Positions 53,826 to 64,000 of a stretch of 64,000 bases of DNA are shown piece after piece. This stretch comes from Chloroflexota bacterium. GTDB lineage: Bacteria > Chloroflexota > UBA5177. A program made the translations under genes and the position numbers. The notes under the pieces were generated by a model. That model was given only the letters and a program-made list of their open reading frames with translations. It was not told the DNA's origin and searched no databases. Position 1 is the stretch's first letter. Each line of letters opens with the position of its first letter. Location: NCBI GenBank assembly GCA_036752825.1, contig DAIORV010000001.1, positions 42,843 to 106,842 on the forward strand. The letters run 5' to 3'.

Positions 53826-56800
53826 ATGACACTAACTGTACTTACGTCCGTGCTCTCTCGCCTCAAAGAGATCGAGAAATTGAGGGGCGTGTCAACCTTC
53901 ACAGTCGTCTCAGGACTGCTTGGCGCGGCCCGACCGGCGGTCGCAGCGGCGCTGATCGATCGGCGCCAGGTGCTCGTCGTCACCGCGCACTCTCAGGCGG
54001 CTCTCGACTTTGCCCAAGAGCTTCATCGCTGGACAGAGGAGACAGTCGGACTCTTCCCGGCCACCGAAGCACTTCCATACGAGCGGGTACGCGTGGACCG
54101 ATCAGTCCTCGCGGCGCGCGAGAGCGTCGTGCACGACCTGGGCACGGGAGTCTGTCGCGTTGTTGTCGCTCCCGTCAGAGCCCTGATGCAACCAGTCGAG
54201 GGTCGAAACCCGCTGGAGCTATCCGTCTCAAGAGTCCGGGCCGGCTCGTCGACTCGGCCCGAGGAGCTCCTGCGGCAATGGGTATCGATGGGGTACGTGG
54301 AAACACGGGTGGTCGACGAACCAGGCTCCTTTGCTCGGCGCGGAGGAGTTCTGGACATCTTTCCGGCGGGCCGAGACTTGCCGGTGCGCATAGATCTCTT
54401 TGGAAACGACGTCGAATCTCTCCGCGAATTCGATCCGGCGTCACAGCGATCTCTCGTCACGGTCGCCGAGGTCGAGATCCTGCCGCTCGCTCAGCTACAA
54501 GACGATATCCGCACGTCTGTCCGGTCGGAGCTTCAGGGTATCGACGCGTCCAGATTGACGGCTGAGGCGGAGACGCGGTGGCAGCAAGACGTGGCTGCGC
54601 TTGAGCATGCCTCAGGTCTCGACGAGCTAGCCATCTTCTCCCCCTACCTGCTGGCTGAGCCTTGTAGCTTCGTCGATCATTTCGCAGCCGATGCCCTCGT
54701 GCTGGTCGACGATGCTCCGGAAACCTGGTCGACGCTTGCGTCCTTGCAGATCCAAGCCGAGGATGTGCAGCGAGGTATGGAGGAAGCGGGCACGTTGCCG
54801 ATAGGCCTAAAAGCCGCAGTAATCGCTGCAGACTCGGTCAAGTTAAGCGTCGAATCTCGACACCTGATCAGCATCACGCCCGGAACGACATCTCAAGACG
54901 CCGTTGACCTATCAGGACTGTTCACTCCCGCGCGGCTCTACGCCGGCAGAGTTCGCGACTTTGTCCGGGCTTCCGCGCAAGGCGCCCGGGTAAGAACTGT
55001 TGTTGGAACGCAGCAGGTGGAGCGAGTTCGTGAGCTGCTCACGGAGGAGGGGATAGCTGTCGGCGTCTCCGGTCCAAATGCAAATGAGCTAGCACTCGGC
55101 GTAACGCTCGTCTCGAGCAGCTCGGTCCAGGGTTGGACTCTACCTCGCGAAGAAATTGCTTTTCTGACCGACCACGAAATCTTCGGCCGCTCCCTGACTC
55201 GACCCGTTCCCAGGAAAAAGCGGCAGGCGCGCGAGGCCTTTTTCTTCGATTACTCCCCGGGTGACTTTGTCGTGCATCTCGAACACGGAATTGGAAGCTT
55301 CGAAGGCGTTACCCGCATGTCAGTGGAGGGCGCGGAACGCGAATACGCCATTGTCCAGTACGCGGGCAAAGATCGCGTCTACGTACCCACGGATCAACTG
55401 GAACGACTGACCAAGTACGTCGGAAGCGGAGATGCAGCTCCCCACATCAGCAAGCTGGGAGGCGGGGAGTGGCAGCGCGCGCGCGCTCGGGCGAAGGCCG
55501 CCGCCGACGACATCGCCCGAGAGCTGATCGAGCTCTATGCCAAGCGCCGCACGCGGCCCGCCCATGCCTTCCCCTCCGACCAACCATGGCAGCACGAGCT
55601 GGAGGCGACGTTTTCCTTCGAAGAGACAGCTGATCAGGTGCAGGCCATTCGCGATGTCAAGGCGGACATGGAAGAGCCCCATCCCATGGATCGTTTGGTC
55701 TGCGCCGATGTCGGCTACGGAAAGACGGAGGTCGCCGTACGTGCCGCCTTCAAGGCGGTGATGGATGGCAAGCAGGTGGCTATGCTCGTTCCCACGACCA
55801 TCCTGGCCCAGCAGCACTTTGAGACGTTCGCCGATCGATACGGTCCGTTTCCCGTCTCAGTCGAGGTCTTGAGCCGTTTCCGATCCCCAGCTCAGCAACG
55901 TGAAGTGCTGCGGCGACTGGCGTCAGGGGAGGTCGACATTGTGATCGGTACTCATCGACTTTTGCAGACGGACGTTCTCTTCAAGAATCTCGGGCTTCTG
56001 ATCATCGACGAGGAGCAGCGTTTTGGTGTCAAGCACAAGGAGCAGTTGAAGAGGTTCAGGGAATCCATTGACGTGCTCACGCTCACAGCCACCCCAATCC
56101 CACGGACTCTACACTCTGGGCTCGTAGGCATAAGAGAGATCAGCGTCATCGAGACGCCGCCAGAGGGCCGCCTTCCAATCAGGACGTATTTGCAGCCGTT
56201 CGACGAGCGTCTGATTCGCGAGGCGGTTTTACGGGAGCTCGATAGGGACGGTCAGGTCTATTTCGTCCACAACAAAGTTGCGACCATCGATAGCATGGCT
56301 GAGCGCGTGCGACGCCTCGTCCCCGAAGCCCGGGTTGTTGTGGCTCACGGACAGATGGATGAAGGTTTGCTCGAGGGGGTCATGTTGTCCTTCGCCCACG
56401 GCGAGGCCGACGTTCTACTTTGCAGCACCATCATCGAGAACGGATTGGACATTCCAAACGTAAATACAATCGTCGTCAACAATGCACATCGACTGGGATT
56501 GACTCAGCTTTATCAGCTGCGAGGCCGGGTGGGGCGCAGCGCCAACCAGGCCTACGCGTATCTCCTATATCCGCTGGATTCACACCTCACACAGGATGCT
56601 TCGCGCCGCATGGAGGCGGTGTTCGAAGCGCAGGACCTGGGTGCCGGATTTAGCATCGCCATGAAGGACCTTGAGATTAGGGGAACGGGCAACCTTTTAG
56701 GTGCGGAGCAGAGCGGCCACGCTGCGTCCATTGGCTTTGACCTATATACGAGGATGATTGGGGACGCCGTTGAGCGGATGCGGGGAGTTCCGGTCGAGGA

Positions 56801-57266
56801 ACCCCCCTCCATTTCGATCAATCTTCCGCTGACCATGCTTCTGCCGGAGGAATACGTCGGAAGCGAGTCTGAACGGCTTACCTTGTATCGCCGCCTGGCA
56901 AACGTGGCAACGCTTTCGGAGATCGCGGACCTGGAAGACGAGATGCGGGACAGATTTGGCGCGCTACCGTTGCCGGTGCAGAACCTCATAGCCGTCGTAA
57001 GGCTGAAACTGAAAGCACGGGACGCTAGAATATCGTCCATCACTTTGGATCGTGAGGCTTTGACCGTGCGCTCCCAGCCGGGCGCGATATACGACCGAGT
57101 GTCTCTGTACCGAACCTATGGCACAGATGCCAAAATTTCAAATGCGCTACTACGGATTCCGCGCCGTAGGTTGAAGGAAGACTGGATGAGCGCTATTAGC
57201 GAGATGCTGGATTGCACGCTGGCTCTGCAAGACACTCTTGCCAAACCAGAGCCCGTTCCTGTATGA
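53826..57266 (+). CDS. mfd: Transcription-repair coupling factor Mfd
   Basis: 1146 aa. UvrB-homology N-terminus, RNAP-interaction domain, and a superfamily-2 translocase ('GYGKTEVAVRAAF', 'LIIDEEQRFG', TRG motif 'LRGRVGRS'). Confidence 0.95.
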   Translation: MTLTVLTSVLSRLKEIEKLRGVSTFTVVSGLLGAARPAVAAALIDRRQVLVVTAHSQAALDFAQELHRWTEETVGLFPATEALPYERVRVDRSVLAARESVVHDLGTGVCRVVVAPVRALMQPVEGRNPLELSVSRVRAGSSTRPEELLRQWVSMGYVETRVVDEPGSFARRGGVLDIFPAGRDLPVRIDLFGNDVESLREFDPASQRSLVTVAEVEILPLAQLQDDIRTSVRSELQGIDASRLTAEAETRWQQDVAALEHASGLDELAIFSPYLLAEPCSFVDHFAADALVLVDDAPETWSTLASLQIQAEDVQRGMEEAGTLPIGLKAAVIAADSVKLSVESRHLISITPGTTSQDAVDLSGLFTPARLYAGRVRDFVRASAQGARVRTVVGTQQVERVRELLTEEGIAVGVSGPNANELALGVTLVSSSSVQGWTLPREEIAFLTDHEIFGRSLTRPVPRKKRQAREAFFFDYSPGDFVVHLEHGIGSFEGVTRMSVEGAEREYAIVQYAGKDRVYVPTDQLERLTKYVGSGDAAPHISKLGGGEWQRARARAKAAADDIARELIELYAKRRTRPAHAFPSDQPWQHELEATFSFEETADQVQAIRDVKADMEEPHPMDRLVCADVGYGKTEVAVRAAFKAVMDGKQVAMLVPTTILAQQHFETFADRYGPFPVSVEVLSRFRSPAQQREVLRRLASGEVDIVIGTHRLLQTDVLFKNLGLLIIDEEQRFGVKHKEQLKRFRESIDVLTLTATPIPRTLHSGLVGIREISVIETPPEGRLPIRTYLQPFDERLIREAVLRELDRDGQVYFVHNKVATIDSMAERVRRLVPEARVVVAHGQMDEGLLEGVMLSFAHGEADVLLCSTIIENGLDIPNVNTIVVNNAHRLGLTQLYQLRGRVGRSANQAYAYLLYPLDSHLTQDASRRMEAVFEAQDLGAGFSIAMKDLEIRGTGNLLGAEQSGHAASIGFDLYTRMIGDAVERMRGVPVEEPPSISINLPLTMLLPEEYVGSESERLTLYRRLANVATLSEIADLEDEMRDRFGALPLPVQNLIAVVRLKLKARDARISSITLDREALTVRSQPGAIYDRVSLYRTYGTDAKISNALLRIPRRRLKEDWMSAISEMLDCTLALQDTLAKPEPVPV

Positions 57267-57385
57267 CAGATGCAATCAGGATGGTCCATGGTTGTAGCAA
57301 CAGCGAGCCGACCCGCTAATTTGACATAATGTACACATGCTTATCACGCAATCGCTGCCCTCGGTAGGGCGGTTGGGAGTACCGT

Positions 57386-59470
57386 TTGGCCTCTAATCTG
57401 GTGATCGTAGAGTCGCCTTCAAAAGCAAAAACCATCGAAAAGTTCCTCGGTTCTGACTATCAAGTGCTGGCCTCGGTCGGGCACATCATCGACTTGCCTG
57501 CAAAAGGACTGGGTGTCGACACGCGTCGCAATTTTTCTCCGAAGTACGTGGTGATTCCCGGCAAGGAGAAGATCCTCCTCGACCTCCGAAGGGCAAGCCG
57601 CCAGGCGAAGACTGTCTATCTAGCCCCCGACCCGGACCGAGAGGGCGAGGCGATCAGTGCTCACCTGGCTCGAGCGCTTGAGATACCTGACGCTCGGCGT
57701 GCCGTCTTCAACGAGATCACGAAGTCCGCCGTGCAAGCGGCGATCGCTCACCCCAGGCCCATCAACGACGATTTGGTGAACGCGCAACAGGCTCGCCGCA
57801 TCCTGGACCGATTGGTTGGCTACAAAATCAGTCCGCTGCTGTGGCGACGAGTGCAGAAACACACAAGCGCCGGCCGAGTTCAGTCAGTGGCGGTTCGTCT
57901 CATTTGTGACCGAGAAGAGGCCATTCGAAGCTTCGTTCCCGAGGAGTACTGGACCCTGACGGCCGAGCTTTCGAAACTCAAAGAGCGGAAGATATTCAAG
58001 GCCGAGCTTCTTCGCCGGCTCGACCAGAGCGAGAAGGAAAAGCTGAGAGTAAGCAGTGAGGGCGAGATGAAGAACATCCTCGCCGATCTCGAAGGCGCCG
58101 AGTATCAAGTGCGGAAGGTCGAGCAAAAGAAGACTCGGAGCATGCCGCCTCTGCCGTACAGTACGTCCTCACTGCAGCAGGACGCGTCCTCTCGGCTTCG
58201 GTTTTCGCCCAAGAAGACGATGAAGCAGGCTCAAGAGTTGTACGAGGGTATCGATCTGGGTGAGGGCCGGACGGGCCTCATTACCTACATGAGAACTGAC
58301 TCGACCCGTGTCTCGGACGACGCTCAGAAAGCGGTTCGCGCGTACATCGACAATCGCTTCGGGCGCAAGTACGAAGGGCCAGGCCCTCGCACGAAGCAGA
58401 AGGCACATGCCCAGGGTGCCCACGAGGCCATACGACCCACCGATGTGGAGAGGTCACCAGAATCCCTAAGAACAATTCTCAGCCCCGACCAGCTGAAACT
58501 TTACACCCTCGTCTGGAACAGGTTCGTGGCCGCCTTCATGGCGCCGGCACAATTTGACTCCGTCCGAGCGCTAATTGGGGCAGGCAACTACCTCTTCGTG
58601 GCCACCGGCTCCACCCTCACCTTCGATGGCTACTACAAGATCTGGCCGAGAGACGAGAAAGATGCGTCGCTGCCCGTGCTGGCCGAGGGAGAGGACTTGA
58701 GGCTCCACAGGCTCGACGATGAGCAACATTTCACCGAGCCACTTCCGCGGTACACCGAAGCAAGTTTGGTGAAGGAGCTGGAGGATCTGGGAATCGGCAG
58801 ACCGAGCACCTACGTGCCCATTATCTCGACAATTCAGCAGCGGAAGTACGTCACGCTGAAGGAACGTCGTTTCATGCCGCTGGAACTCGGGGAGACGGTC
58901 AACCGGCTGATGAAAGAGTACTTCCCGGAGATCGTGGACGTGAAATTCACCGCGCAGGTCGAAAACGAGCTCGACGAGGTGGAGGAGGGCGAGGTCGAAT
59001 GGACTCAACTTCTCAAGAACTTCTATGGTCCGTTCAAACAAATGCTGGACAAGGCGGAAAAGCAGATGGAGCGCGTTGAGCGTCCCGTGGTGGAGCTTGG
59101 AGAAGACTGTCCGGAATGCGGCCTGCCGCTTGTCATAAAGACGGGAAGGTTCGGCGAGTTCATCTCGTGCTCGAACTATCCCGAATGCAAGTACTCGAGA
59201 CAGATGCAAACCAAGATAGGAGTGGCCTGCCCGCGCTGCGGAAACGATCTCATCGAGCGCAAGAGTCGCCGAGGCCGAGTTTTCTTTGGGTGCAGTACCT
59301 ATCCCGCCTGCGACTTCGCAAGCTGGGACAAACCTCTACCCGAGCCGTGCCCTCAATGCGGGGAGCTTCTGGTGGAAACCATGAGAGGCAAGAAGCTCGT
59401 CCGCTGTACGGTCTGCGACTATCAACAGCAGGTCGGCGAGCCCAGCAGGGAGCCAGTCACTGCACAGTGA
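57386..59470 (+). CDS. topA: DNA topoisomerase I with C-terminal zinc ribbons
   Basis: TOPRIM 'LVIVESPSKAKTIEKFLG', an active-site Tyr region, and three Cys4 zinc ribbons (CPECG..C, CPRCG..C, CPQCG..C). TTG 57386 lies 6 nt after GGGAG. Confidence 0.9.
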   Translation: MASNLVIVESPSKAKTIEKFLGSDYQVLASVGHIIDLPAKGLGVDTRRNFSPKYVVIPGKEKILLDLRRASRQAKTVYLAPDPDREGEAISAHLARALEIPDARRAVFNEITKSAVQAAIAHPRPINDDLVNAQQARRILDRLVGYKISPLLWRRVQKHTSAGRVQSVAVRLICDREEAIRSFVPEEYWTLTAELSKLKERKIFKAELLRRLDQSEKEKLRVSSEGEMKNILADLEGAEYQVRKVEQKKTRSMPPLPYSTSSLQQDASSRLRFSPKKTMKQAQELYEGIDLGEGRTGLITYMRTDSTRVSDDAQKAVRAYIDNRFGRKYEGPGPRTKQKAHAQGAHEAIRPTDVERSPESLRTILSPDQLKLYTLVWNRFVAAFMAPAQFDSVRALIGAGNYLFVATGSTLTFDGYYKIWPRDEKDASLPVLAEGEDLRLHRLDDEQHFTEPLPRYTEASLVKELEDLGIGRPSTYVPIISTIQQRKYVTLKERRFMPLELGETVNRLMKEYFPEIVDVKFTAQVENELDEVEEGEVEWTQLLKNFYGPFKQMLDKAEKQMERVERPVVELGEDCPECGLPLVIKTGRFGEFISCSNYPECKYSRQMQTKIGVACPRCGNDLIERKSRRGRVFFGCSTYPACDFASWDKPLPEPCPQCGELLVETMRGKKLVRCTVCDYQQQVGEPSREPVTAQ

Positions 59471-59498
59471 CACGCAGCCTTCGGTCGTTGGTGGACAG

Positions 59499-60386
59499 AT
59501 GAAGGAGGCGGTCGATGCTTTTCTCGCCGATCTCGAGGAGCGCCGAGGCGCGTCCCCGCACACGGTGCTGAATTACCGATTAGATTTGGATCAGATGCGG
59601 GAGTGGCTGGCGGGACGGAGCGTCAAAGTGTGGACCGATGTGGATCGCAGAACGGTCCGAGCCTGGGCCTCCTGGATGGGCTCCGAAGGCTACGCGAAGG
59701 CCAGCATTGCCAGGAAGCTTTCGGCCGCCCGATCGCTCTACCGCTACTTGGTGCGCGAGGAGCAGGCGGAGAGAAGTCCCTTCATGCTCGTCCCCGCCCC
59801 AAAGGGTGGCAAGCATCTTCCTGTCGTTCTCACCGTTGACGAGATCGAACGCCTGGTCACCGCCCCCGACCCCCAATCGCGCCTCGGGATCCGCGATCGA
59901 GCGATGCTGGAGCTCATGTACGCAACAGGACTCCGCGTAAGCGAGCTCTTGAGCCTGAACCTCGACAGCATTGACTGGAATCAACAGCTGGTGCGTGTAA
60001 CCGGCAAGGGAACTAAGGAACGACTGGTACTCGTCGGAGAGATCGCGAGAGATGCCCTCGACCTATATCTTCATGACAGCCGTCCGTTGCTCGCACGAGA
60101 TCGCATTTTGGACGCACTCTTTCTGAATCACTACGGAAAACCGCTGAGCGTACGGGGCTTTCACCTTGTTTTGCAGCATCACCTTCGGAGCGCAGGCATC
60201 ACTCGTCACGTCACGCCTCACACACTTCGTCACAGCTTTGCCACGCACATGCTCGAGGGCGGCGCCGATCTCAGATCAGTGCAAGAGCTACTAGGTCATG
60301 CGAGCGTCAGCACTACTCAGGTCTATACGCACGTGTCAGAAGGCTACTTGCGAGATCTTTATGCCCAGGCCCGGGGTGGACGCTGA
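59499..60386 (+). CDS. xerC: Tyrosine recombinase XerC/XerD family
   Basis: 'RDRAMLELMYATGLRVSEL', 'HTLRHSFATHMLEGGADLRSVQELLGHASVSTTQVYTHV' (the R-H-R-Y catalytic tetrad context). Confidence 0.85.
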   Translation: MKEAVDAFLADLEERRGASPHTVLNYRLDLDQMREWLAGRSVKVWTDVDRRTVRAWASWMGSEGYAKASIARKLSAARSLYRYLVREEQAERSPFMLVPAPKGGKHLPVVLTVDEIERLVTAPDPQSRLGIRDRAMLELMYATGLRVSELLSLNLDSIDWNQQLVRVTGKGTKERLVLVGEIARDALDLYLHDSRPLLARDRILDALFLNHYGKPLSVRGFHLVLQHHLRSAGITRHVTPHTLRHSFATHMLEGGADLRSVQELLGHASVSTTQVYTHVSEGYLRDLYAQARGGR

Positions 60387-60964
60387 TGTTAAGTCTGAGA
60401 GCGACTACGGTCATTGCCGTACGGCGAGATGGCCAGGTAGCAATGGCCGGAGACGGCCAGATAACAATGGGCGACACGGTGATGAAGAACTCGGCTGTTA
60501 AGATTAGAACGATGTACCGAGGTCAGGTGCTCGCCGGGTTCGCGGGAGCGGTTGCCGATGCTCTCGCCCTGTTTGACCGATTCGAGACTCAGCTTGATCG
60601 TAGTGCCGGGAACCTACGCAAGGCGGCGGTCGACCTGGCGAAAGACTGGCGAACCGATAGGTATCTTCGCCGGCTCGAGGCGCAGCTGGTTCTGGCCGAC
60701 GGCGCGACACTGTTGCTCGTGTCCGGAGACGGAGAGGTGATCGAGCCCGATAACGACGTCGTGGCCATTGGCTCTGGTGGACAGTACGCCATGGCCGCCG
60801 CGCAGGCGCTCATGCGCCACACGACACTATCTGCCGCGGAGCTGGCACGGGCCGCTATGGAGGTCGCCGCCTCGATCTGCATTTACACAAATGACAACAT
60901 CACCTTGCATTGCGTCGATGGGACACAGCCGGCCGAAGCCGCAAAGGGGGGGACCAGTGACTGA
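60386..60964 (+). CDS. hslV: ATP-dependent protease subunit HslV
   Basis: 'TTVIAVRRDGQVAMAGDGQITMG' (N-terminal Thr nucleophile after a short leader) and 'GSGGQYAMAAAQAL'. The TGATG overlaps xerC. Confidence 0.85.
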   Translation: MLSLRATTVIAVRRDGQVAMAGDGQITMGDTVMKNSAVKIRTMYRGQVLAGFAGAVADALALFDRFETQLDRSAGNLRKAAVDLAKDWRTDRYLRRLEAQLVLADGATLLLVSGDGEVIEPDNDVVAIGSGGQYAMAAAQALMRHTTLSAAELARAAMEVAASICIYTNDNITLHCVDGTQPAEAAKGGTSD

Positions 60965-62315
60965 CCTCACGCCACAGGACATCGTGCAAGAGCTTGACCG
61001 ATTCATAGTCGGCCAGGAGCAGGCCAAGCGCTCGCTCGCCGTCGCGCTACGCGAACGTGAACGGCGCAAACGCCTTGAACCGGAGGTTCGCGCGGAGATC
61101 GGCTCGAAGAACATATTGGTCGTCGGTCCTACTGGGGTTGGCAAGACGGAGCTGGCCAGGCGGCTGGCGAAGCTTGTCGACGCCCCCTTCCTGAAGACGG
61201 AAGCTACGAAGTTTACTGAGGTCGGGTACGTGGGACGAGACGTGGAGTCCATCGTGCGCGATCTGGCCGACGCCAGCGTTCAAATGGTCCATCAAGAGCG
61301 GATGACAGGCGTGAGACAGGAATCCGAGGAGCGCGCCGATGACCGCATCCTTACCTGTTTGCTCGAGCCGAAGCGCGTCACAGATGAGTCCACTGGAGAC
61401 AGCGCCCCCACGACCTCACAGCGGGCATACATGAAGCGCAGACGCCGGGCCGTGGCGCAACAGCTAGCGAATCACGAGCTTGAAGAGAGGATCATTGAAA
61501 TCGAGATCGACCCTGAGGAAGCGTTCAGCTCGGTCATAGAATTCGCGTCAGGTATCGGCTCAGAAGAGATTCACGAGCAATTCCAGGAATTCATTCAGAG
61601 CGTGCAGTCGCGCAAACGAGCGAGACGGGTCTCGGTCCGCGAGGCTCGGAGGATCCTGGTTGAACAGGAAGCGAACAAGCTTATCGATTTCGAAGAGGTC
61701 GTCGATATGGCCTTGCGCCGCGTCGAGGACTCGGGCGTTGTCTTCGTTGACGAGATAGACAAGTTAGTGTCGCGCAGCGGTGACTATGGTGCTGACGTGT
61801 CTGGAGAAGGAGTCCAGCGAGATCTGCTTCCCATCGTCGAGGGAGCAAGCGTGGCCACCCGATACGGCCTGATTAATACCGATCACATACTCTTCGTCGC
61901 GGCTGGCGCGTTTAATCGTTCCAGGCCTTCGGACTTGCTCCCGGAGCTTCAGGGGCGCTTCCCGATCCGGGTGGAGGTGCAGGACTTGAACGAAGCCGAC
62001 TTCCTGCGGATCTTGACCGAGCCGGAGAACTCGCTGACAAAACAGCATGCGGCCCTCCTGTCCACCGAGGACGTGACGCTTACTTTTACTGAGGACGGTC
62101 TCCGTGAGATGGCTCGCGCAGCTGCGCTGATGAACGAGAAGACGGAGAATCTGGGCGCTCGCCGGCTGTACGGTGTGATGGAAAAAGTACTGCAAGAAGT
62201 GAGCTTCAGGTCTCCTGAATTCGCGGGTCAAACGGTGGTTATCGACGCCGAATACGTGAGGACGCAGCTGCGAGACGTCCCGTTGTCAGACGAGGCGAGC
62301 AAGTACATTTTGTAG
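60957..62315 (+). CDS. hslU: ATP-dependent protease ATPase subunit HslU
   Basis: 'LTPQDIVQELDRFIVGQEQAKRSLAVAL', Walker A 'GPTGVGKTELARRLA', 'VFVDEIDK'. GTG 60957 overlaps the hslV end by 8 nt; the ORF-track start 60768 is an extension. Confidence 0.9.
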   Translation: MTDLTPQDIVQELDRFIVGQEQAKRSLAVALRERERRKRLEPEVRAEIGSKNILVVGPTGVGKTELARRLAKLVDAPFLKTEATKFTEVGYVGRDVESIVRDLADASVQMVHQERMTGVRQESEERADDRILTCLLEPKRVTDESTGDSAPTTSQRAYMKRRRRAVAQQLANHELEERIIEIEIDPEEAFSSVIEFASGIGSEEIHEQFQEFIQSVQSRKRARRVSVREARRILVEQEANKLIDFEEVVDMALRRVEDSGVVFVDEIDKLVSRSGDYGADVSGEGVQRDLLPIVEGASVATRYGLINTDHILFVAAGAFNRSRPSDLLPELQGRFPIRVEVQDLNEADFLRILTEPENSLTKQHAALLSTEDVTLTFTEDGLREMARAAALMNEKTENLGARRLYGVMEKVLQEVSFRSPEFAGQTVVIDAEYVRTQLRDVPLSDEASKYIL

Positions 62316-62380
62316 GCGAAACACCTATAGCCTGACGTGTTCGCGCTTCACGCGCAGGTCTGCCTCTGGTACACTGATCG

Positions 62381-62410
62381 TGACCAGCGGCGGCGCGCGC
62401 TGGTCTTTTC
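62381..62410 (+). terminator. Rho-independent terminator after hslU
   Basis: GACCAGCG-(gcggcgcg)-CGCTGGTC followed by TTTTCT. Confidence 0.6.
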
Positions 62411-62517
62411 TACGCCCAATCACACACGCATCCTGATCGTGCGATGTTGCCGCTCCTTTGAGCGGTGTGCGTACGGGACGACGGGTGCGGAGGACGACAA
62501 ACAAAGGAGGCACGATC

Positions 62518-63618
62518 ATGGCAGTTGTCAGCATGAAGCAGCTCCTCGAGGCAGGAGTACACTTCGGACACCAGACTCGACGGTGGAACCCGAAGATGAA
62601 ACCGTACATCTATACCGAGCGGAACGGCATCCACATCATCGACCTTCAAAAAACCGTCTCGATGCTGGACCGTGCGTACGGATACATTCAGGACGTGACG
62701 CGACAGGGAGGTAAAGTGCTCTTTGTCGGGACCAAGAAGCAAGCCCAGGACGCGGTAGCCGAAGAAGCGGGCCGCGCGGGCCAGTTCTACGTGAATCAGC
62801 GCTGGCTCGGAGGATTGCTGACCAATTTTCAGACGATTCAGCAGAGAATGCGCCGGCTCGAAGAGCTCGAGCGAATGCGCGAGTCCGGCGAGCTCGAGAG
62901 CCGACCGAAGAAAGAACAGCTGAAGCTCAACGACCAGGCGGCCAAGCTCGAGCGAATGCTGGGTGGCATCAGGGGAATGAGGCGCCTCCCCGACGCAATA
63001 TTCGTGGTGGATACGGGCAAGGAGCACATCGCGATCCATGAGGCCGATCGGCTAGAGATTCCTGTCGTTGCCCTTCTCGATACGAACTCAGACCCCGATG
63101 AGGTGGAGTACGGCATCCCGGCAAATGACGACGCAATCCGGGCGGTACGTCTCCTATCCAGCAAGATTGCCGATGCGGCTGAAGAAGGCGCTCAGGAGTA
63201 CGCGAGCACCCGAGCCAAGGAAGACGAAGAAGAGGGTGTCGAGCCAGCTGAGCTGTACGAGGGCGGCTACACAGCCGAGCCCGAAGGCTACGACGCGTCT
63301 CTGGACGGGGAAGACTTTGTCGCGCCCGAGCTTGACGGGGAAGACGTTGTCGAACTCGACGTGCCGGATCTACCGGAAGGCAATGGCGATAGCGCTCTGC
63401 CCTCCGTGGCCGAGACGGACAAGGATACTGAGCCCGTCGTGAATCCTGTCGACCCGATGGGCGCGTCCGGCGAAAACGGCCACGATGCTCCAGAAATCGA
63501 GTCCGAAGGCGCTGCTGATGCGAACCTGGTCCAGGCTGCCGAAGATGCGCCGGCGGGTGATGTGCCTCCGGTGGCGGAGGAGTCTCGAGTCGGCGTCCAT
63601 CCGGACGCTGCGGAGTGA
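62518..63618 (+). CDS. rpsB: 30S ribosomal protein S2 with a ~100-aa acidic C-terminal extension
   Basis: '[27 protein letters not shown]'. AAAGGAGG RBS. The C-terminal third is Asp/Glu-rich low complexity. Confidence 0.9.
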   Translation: MAVVSMKQLLEAGVHFGHQTRRWNPKMKPYIYTERNGIHIIDLQKTVSMLDRAYGYIQDVTRQGGKVLFVGTKKQAQDAVAEEAGRAGQFYVNQRWLGGLLTNFQTIQQRMRRLEELERMRESGELESRPKKEQLKLNDQAAKLERMLGGIRGMRRLPDAIFVVDTGKEHIAIHEADRLEIPVVALLDTNSDPDEVEYGIPANDDAIRAVRLLSSKIADAAEEGAQEYASTRAKEDEEEGVEPAELYEGGYTAEPEGYDASLDGEDFVAPELDGEDVVELDVPDLPEGNGDSALPSVAETDKDTEPVVNPVDPMGASGENGHDAPEIESEGAADANLVQAAEDAPAGDVPPVAEESRVGVHPDAAE

Positions 63619-63660
63619 AACTATTTTAAGAACATTTGACTACCTGAGTAGGTGATAAAC

Positions 63661-64000
63661 GTGGGAACTACCGTGGCTTCAATTGACGATATCAAGCGTC
63701 TTCGCGAGGAGACAGGCGCCGGCATTATGGAGGCGAAGCGGGCTCTCAATGAGGCGGGTGGGGACTTTGGTAAAGCCAAGAAGCTTCTCGAGCAATGGGG
63801 CGCGGCCAGCGCCGCCAAGCGGGCCGGCCGGACGGCTTCGCAGGGAGTAATCGAGCCGTACATCCATGGCGGTGGACAGATAGGAGCCCTCGTAGAGCTG
63901 GATTGCGAGACAGATTTTGTGGCTCGAACCGAAGACTTCAGGAACCTGGCACACGAGATAGCGATGCACGTCGCGGCCATGAATCCGAGGTATCTGTCGA
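63661..64000 (+). CDS. tsf: Elongation factor Ts (5' portion; continues beyond the window)
   Basis: '[33 protein letters not shown]' (UBA-like N-terminus) and '[16 protein letters not shown]'. GTG 63661 lies 6 nt after AGGTGA; GTG 63673 is the alternative. No stop in the window. Confidence 0.8.
   Translation, partial: MGTTVASIDDIKRLREETGAGIMEAKRALNEAGGDFGKAKKLLEQWGAASAAKRAGRTASQGVIEPYIHGGGQIGALVELDCETDFVARTEDFRNLAHEIAMHVAAMNPRYLS

Noticed and set aside
62346-62374. Apparent promoter (TTCACG-17-TACACT) just upstream of the 62381 hairpin
   Set aside because: Its predicted start coincides with the first base of a strong terminator stem, so it is more simply explained as chance. The hairpin is assigned as the hslU terminator.

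Overview
The window is a GC-rich bacterial chromosomal segment that is almost entirely coding and mostly housekeeping. Gene order (xerC-hslV-hslU, mrfA/mrfB-like pair, a GAAC-N4-GTTC LexA box, GGAGG ribosome-binding sites) suggests, by inference, a high-GC Gram-positive-like lineage (Actinobacteria or Chloroflexi type).

Recognisable genes, 5' to 3':
- PGM/PMM C-terminal fragment, der(-), cmk(-), rluB(-), a translin-like gene plus an unknown partner gene, dnaE, moeA(-).
- A REC-SARP response regulator(-), a SAM methyltransferase, a DUF4446-like gene(-), a small basic/membrane ORF.
- selA-lepB-glyA, a CAP-domain protein(-), tRNA-Gln(CUG), an AAA+ ATPase, a small Cys/His ORF(-).
- asnS and a dGTPase-like HD hydrolase, GT2(-)/PAP2(-), a mini Phd-like ORF, hpf(-), ftsK(-).
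- A minus-strand operon of dipeptide epimerase, 2-hydroxyacid dehydrogenase and two M16 peptidases.
- A LexA (Cheo-type) box in front of imuB, a 79-aa ORF, and dnaE2.
- NUDIX(-), mnmG(-), a secreted gluzincin peptidase, a GNAT protein(-), pyrB with a leader hairpin, an mrfA/mrfB-like helicase/exonuclease pair.
- galU, a DUF3048 protein, glycerate kinase, ftsY-ffh, a membrane pseudokinase with Ig-like repeats.
- A stand-alone mraZ, mfd, topA, xerC-hslV-hslU, rpsB with an acidic tail, and the start of tsf.

I saw no rRNA, CRISPR array, transposase or integrase.

The most interesting locus is the SOS mutagenesis cassette at 31.1-36.3 kb. It is a LexA box, then imuB, then a tightly translationally coupled 79-aa ORF of unknown function, then dnaE2, with no imuA homologue. 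Secondary candidates are the translin-like/unknown pair with its own promoter, the REC-SARP hybrid regulator, the pyrB leader hairpin, the orphan mraZ in front of mfd, and the tRNA-Gln/AAA+ ATPase/zinc-ribbon locus.

Many long ORFs antisense to real genes are GC-driven artefacts and were rejected. All start-codon choices are judged by eye from the sequence.
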